In this document: one piece after another, positions 16,126-16,986 of the stretch
Layout: each line of letters starts with the position of its first letter
Position numbering within the stretch: the stretch's first letter is position 1
From: Candidatus Bilamarchaeaceae archaeon
GTDB lineage: Archaea > Micrarchaeota > Micrarchaeia > Anstonellales > Bilamarchaeaceae
NCBI GenBank assembly: GCA_038870635.1
Contig: JAVZJR010000001.1
Location: 343,629-360,614, forward strand
DNA length: 16,986 nt
Direction: 5' to 3'
Notes under the pieces: model-generated
Seen by the model: only the letters and a program-made list of their open reading frames with translations
Databases searched by the model: none
What the model was told of the DNA's origin: nothing
Translations under genes and position numbers: made by a program

Positions 16126-16235
16126 TTTATTTATGGAAAGAAAACTATTTATTTTTGTGCTATGTTTTGTTAGAACGTACGCCCAAAAACTAAAAACACA
16201 AAATTTTAAAAAATAAAACATACAAAAATCTAATT

Positions 16236-16709
16236 ATGGTGGCTTTATTTAAGAATATGTTGAGTGGTATAAATAAAGAAAAGCGTGTACTGGCAAAAGC
16301 TTCAAAAGAGCTGAATATAGAATTAGAGCAGTACTGGAAAAAAAGAGATTTTGAAAGGCTGAAAGAGCTTATAGGTGAGGAAAAACTACTTCAATTAAAA
16401 TACGCTTCCGCTGCTTCCTCCTACCTACCTTTTTTTAGTTGGCTTAGTTGGGAAAATGCTGAGAAAGTTGCAAAGCTTACATTAGAGTTTGAATGTGCAA
16501 AAAAAGAGGCTGAAAGTATATCAAATAATGATCTTATACTTAAAAGAACCTTTGTAGAAATACTCCAAAAACTTGAGGAGGCTTATGGAGAAAGGAATAT
16601 AAAAAAGTTTAAGGAATACAAAAATATTGACATAAAAGACGAACCGTTGGTGCTGATAGAAAAAGTAGATCTTCTCTTTAAGGCACTTCGTGCAGAAAAG
16701 GAAAGCTAA
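16236..16709 (+). CDS. Hypothetical soluble alpha-helical protein
   Basis: 157-aa ORF filling the gap between ftsZ and pyrH, with typical E/K-rich composition and TATA-like TTTTAAAA about 25-30 bp upstream. No recognisable motif. Confidence 0.7.
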   Translation: MVALFKNMLSGINKEKRVLAKASKELNIELEQYWKKRDFERLKELIGEEKLLQLKYASAASSYLPFFSWLSWENAEKVAKLTLEFECAKKEAESISNNDLILKRTFVEILQKLEEAYGERNIKKFKEYKNIDIKDEPLVLIEKVDLLFKALRAEKES

Positions 16710-16986
16710 CTTACTACTGTTCCGTTGTGTTTTTTATTGTTCAATGCTTTTTCTATTTCTTTTATATCCTTACCAACAAAGTGTGCTTCTATTTTGGAAC
16801 GCAAGAGAAGTTTGCATGCAAGCATATCAAAAACAAAATTTGTTCCTGCCATCCTTTTATCAGAATTGTTAGCTAATGTTATTAGTTCATCATACGTCAT
16901 TTTTTCATATTTTTTTGCATTCGGATTTTTTTTCGGATCGCTATCATAAATACCAGAAACATTACTTACATTTATTATCTTCTTAG
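16706..16986 (-). CDS. pyrH: UMP kinase, C-terminal part (start beyond window end)
   Basis: Frame is open to the edge: KKIINVSNVSGIYDSDPKKNPNAKKYEKMTYDELI...AGTNFVFDMLACKLLLRSKI...GTVV matches the archaeal UMP kinase C-terminus (amino-acid kinase fold). Confidence 0.9.
   Translation of the reverse strand, partial: KKIINVSNVSGIYDSDPKKNPNAKKYEKMTYDELITLANNSDKRMAGTNFVFDMLACKLLLRSKIEAHFVGKDIKEIEKALNNKKHNGTVVS

Noticed and set aside
16160..16235. A-rich AAAAC-like short repeats as ncRNA or origin element
   Set aside because: Low-complexity promoter-type sequence with no structure, ORB-like motif or cdc6 neighbour.
16236..16709. Orphan as the CdrS ribbon-helix-helix regulator of ftsZ2
   Set aside because: It is too long, divergently oriented and lacks the N-terminal alternating beta-ribbon pattern.
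16706..16900. Stand-alone 64-aa ORF
   Set aside because: The frame is open upstream to the window edge; it is the C-terminus of pyrH.

Overview
AT-rich, very gene-dense archaeal chromosomal segment. Markers are GatDE, Rpo6, AglB, FtsZ2 and archaeal TATA-like promoters; the compactness and bacterial-type GAPDH would fit a DPANN lineage such as Micrarchaeota, which is inference only. There are 18 CDS, two truncated by the window edges. In order: a PadR-led ABC export/surface-protein operon (-), a two-gene split RsmF-like m5C methyltransferase (-), a HEAT-repeat/OB-fold fusion gene coupled to rpo6 (+), dcd plus a membrane-anchored Cys/sequon-rich protein (-), a class I GAPDH (+), a long ftsZ2-aglB-gatD-gatE-membrane protein run (-), an orphan helical protein (+) and the 3' end of pyrH (-). 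I saw no RNA genes, CRISPR arrays or mobile elements. The best candidate for an undescribed system is the HEAT-acidic linker-SSB-like OB-fold protein tightly linked to RNA polymerase subunit Rpo6. Other points of interest are NADP-type signatures in GAPDH, a non-canonical Cys-rich AglB, altered dcd motif residues, a candidate PadR operator and a GC-rich palindrome at the ftsZ2 ribosome-binding site.
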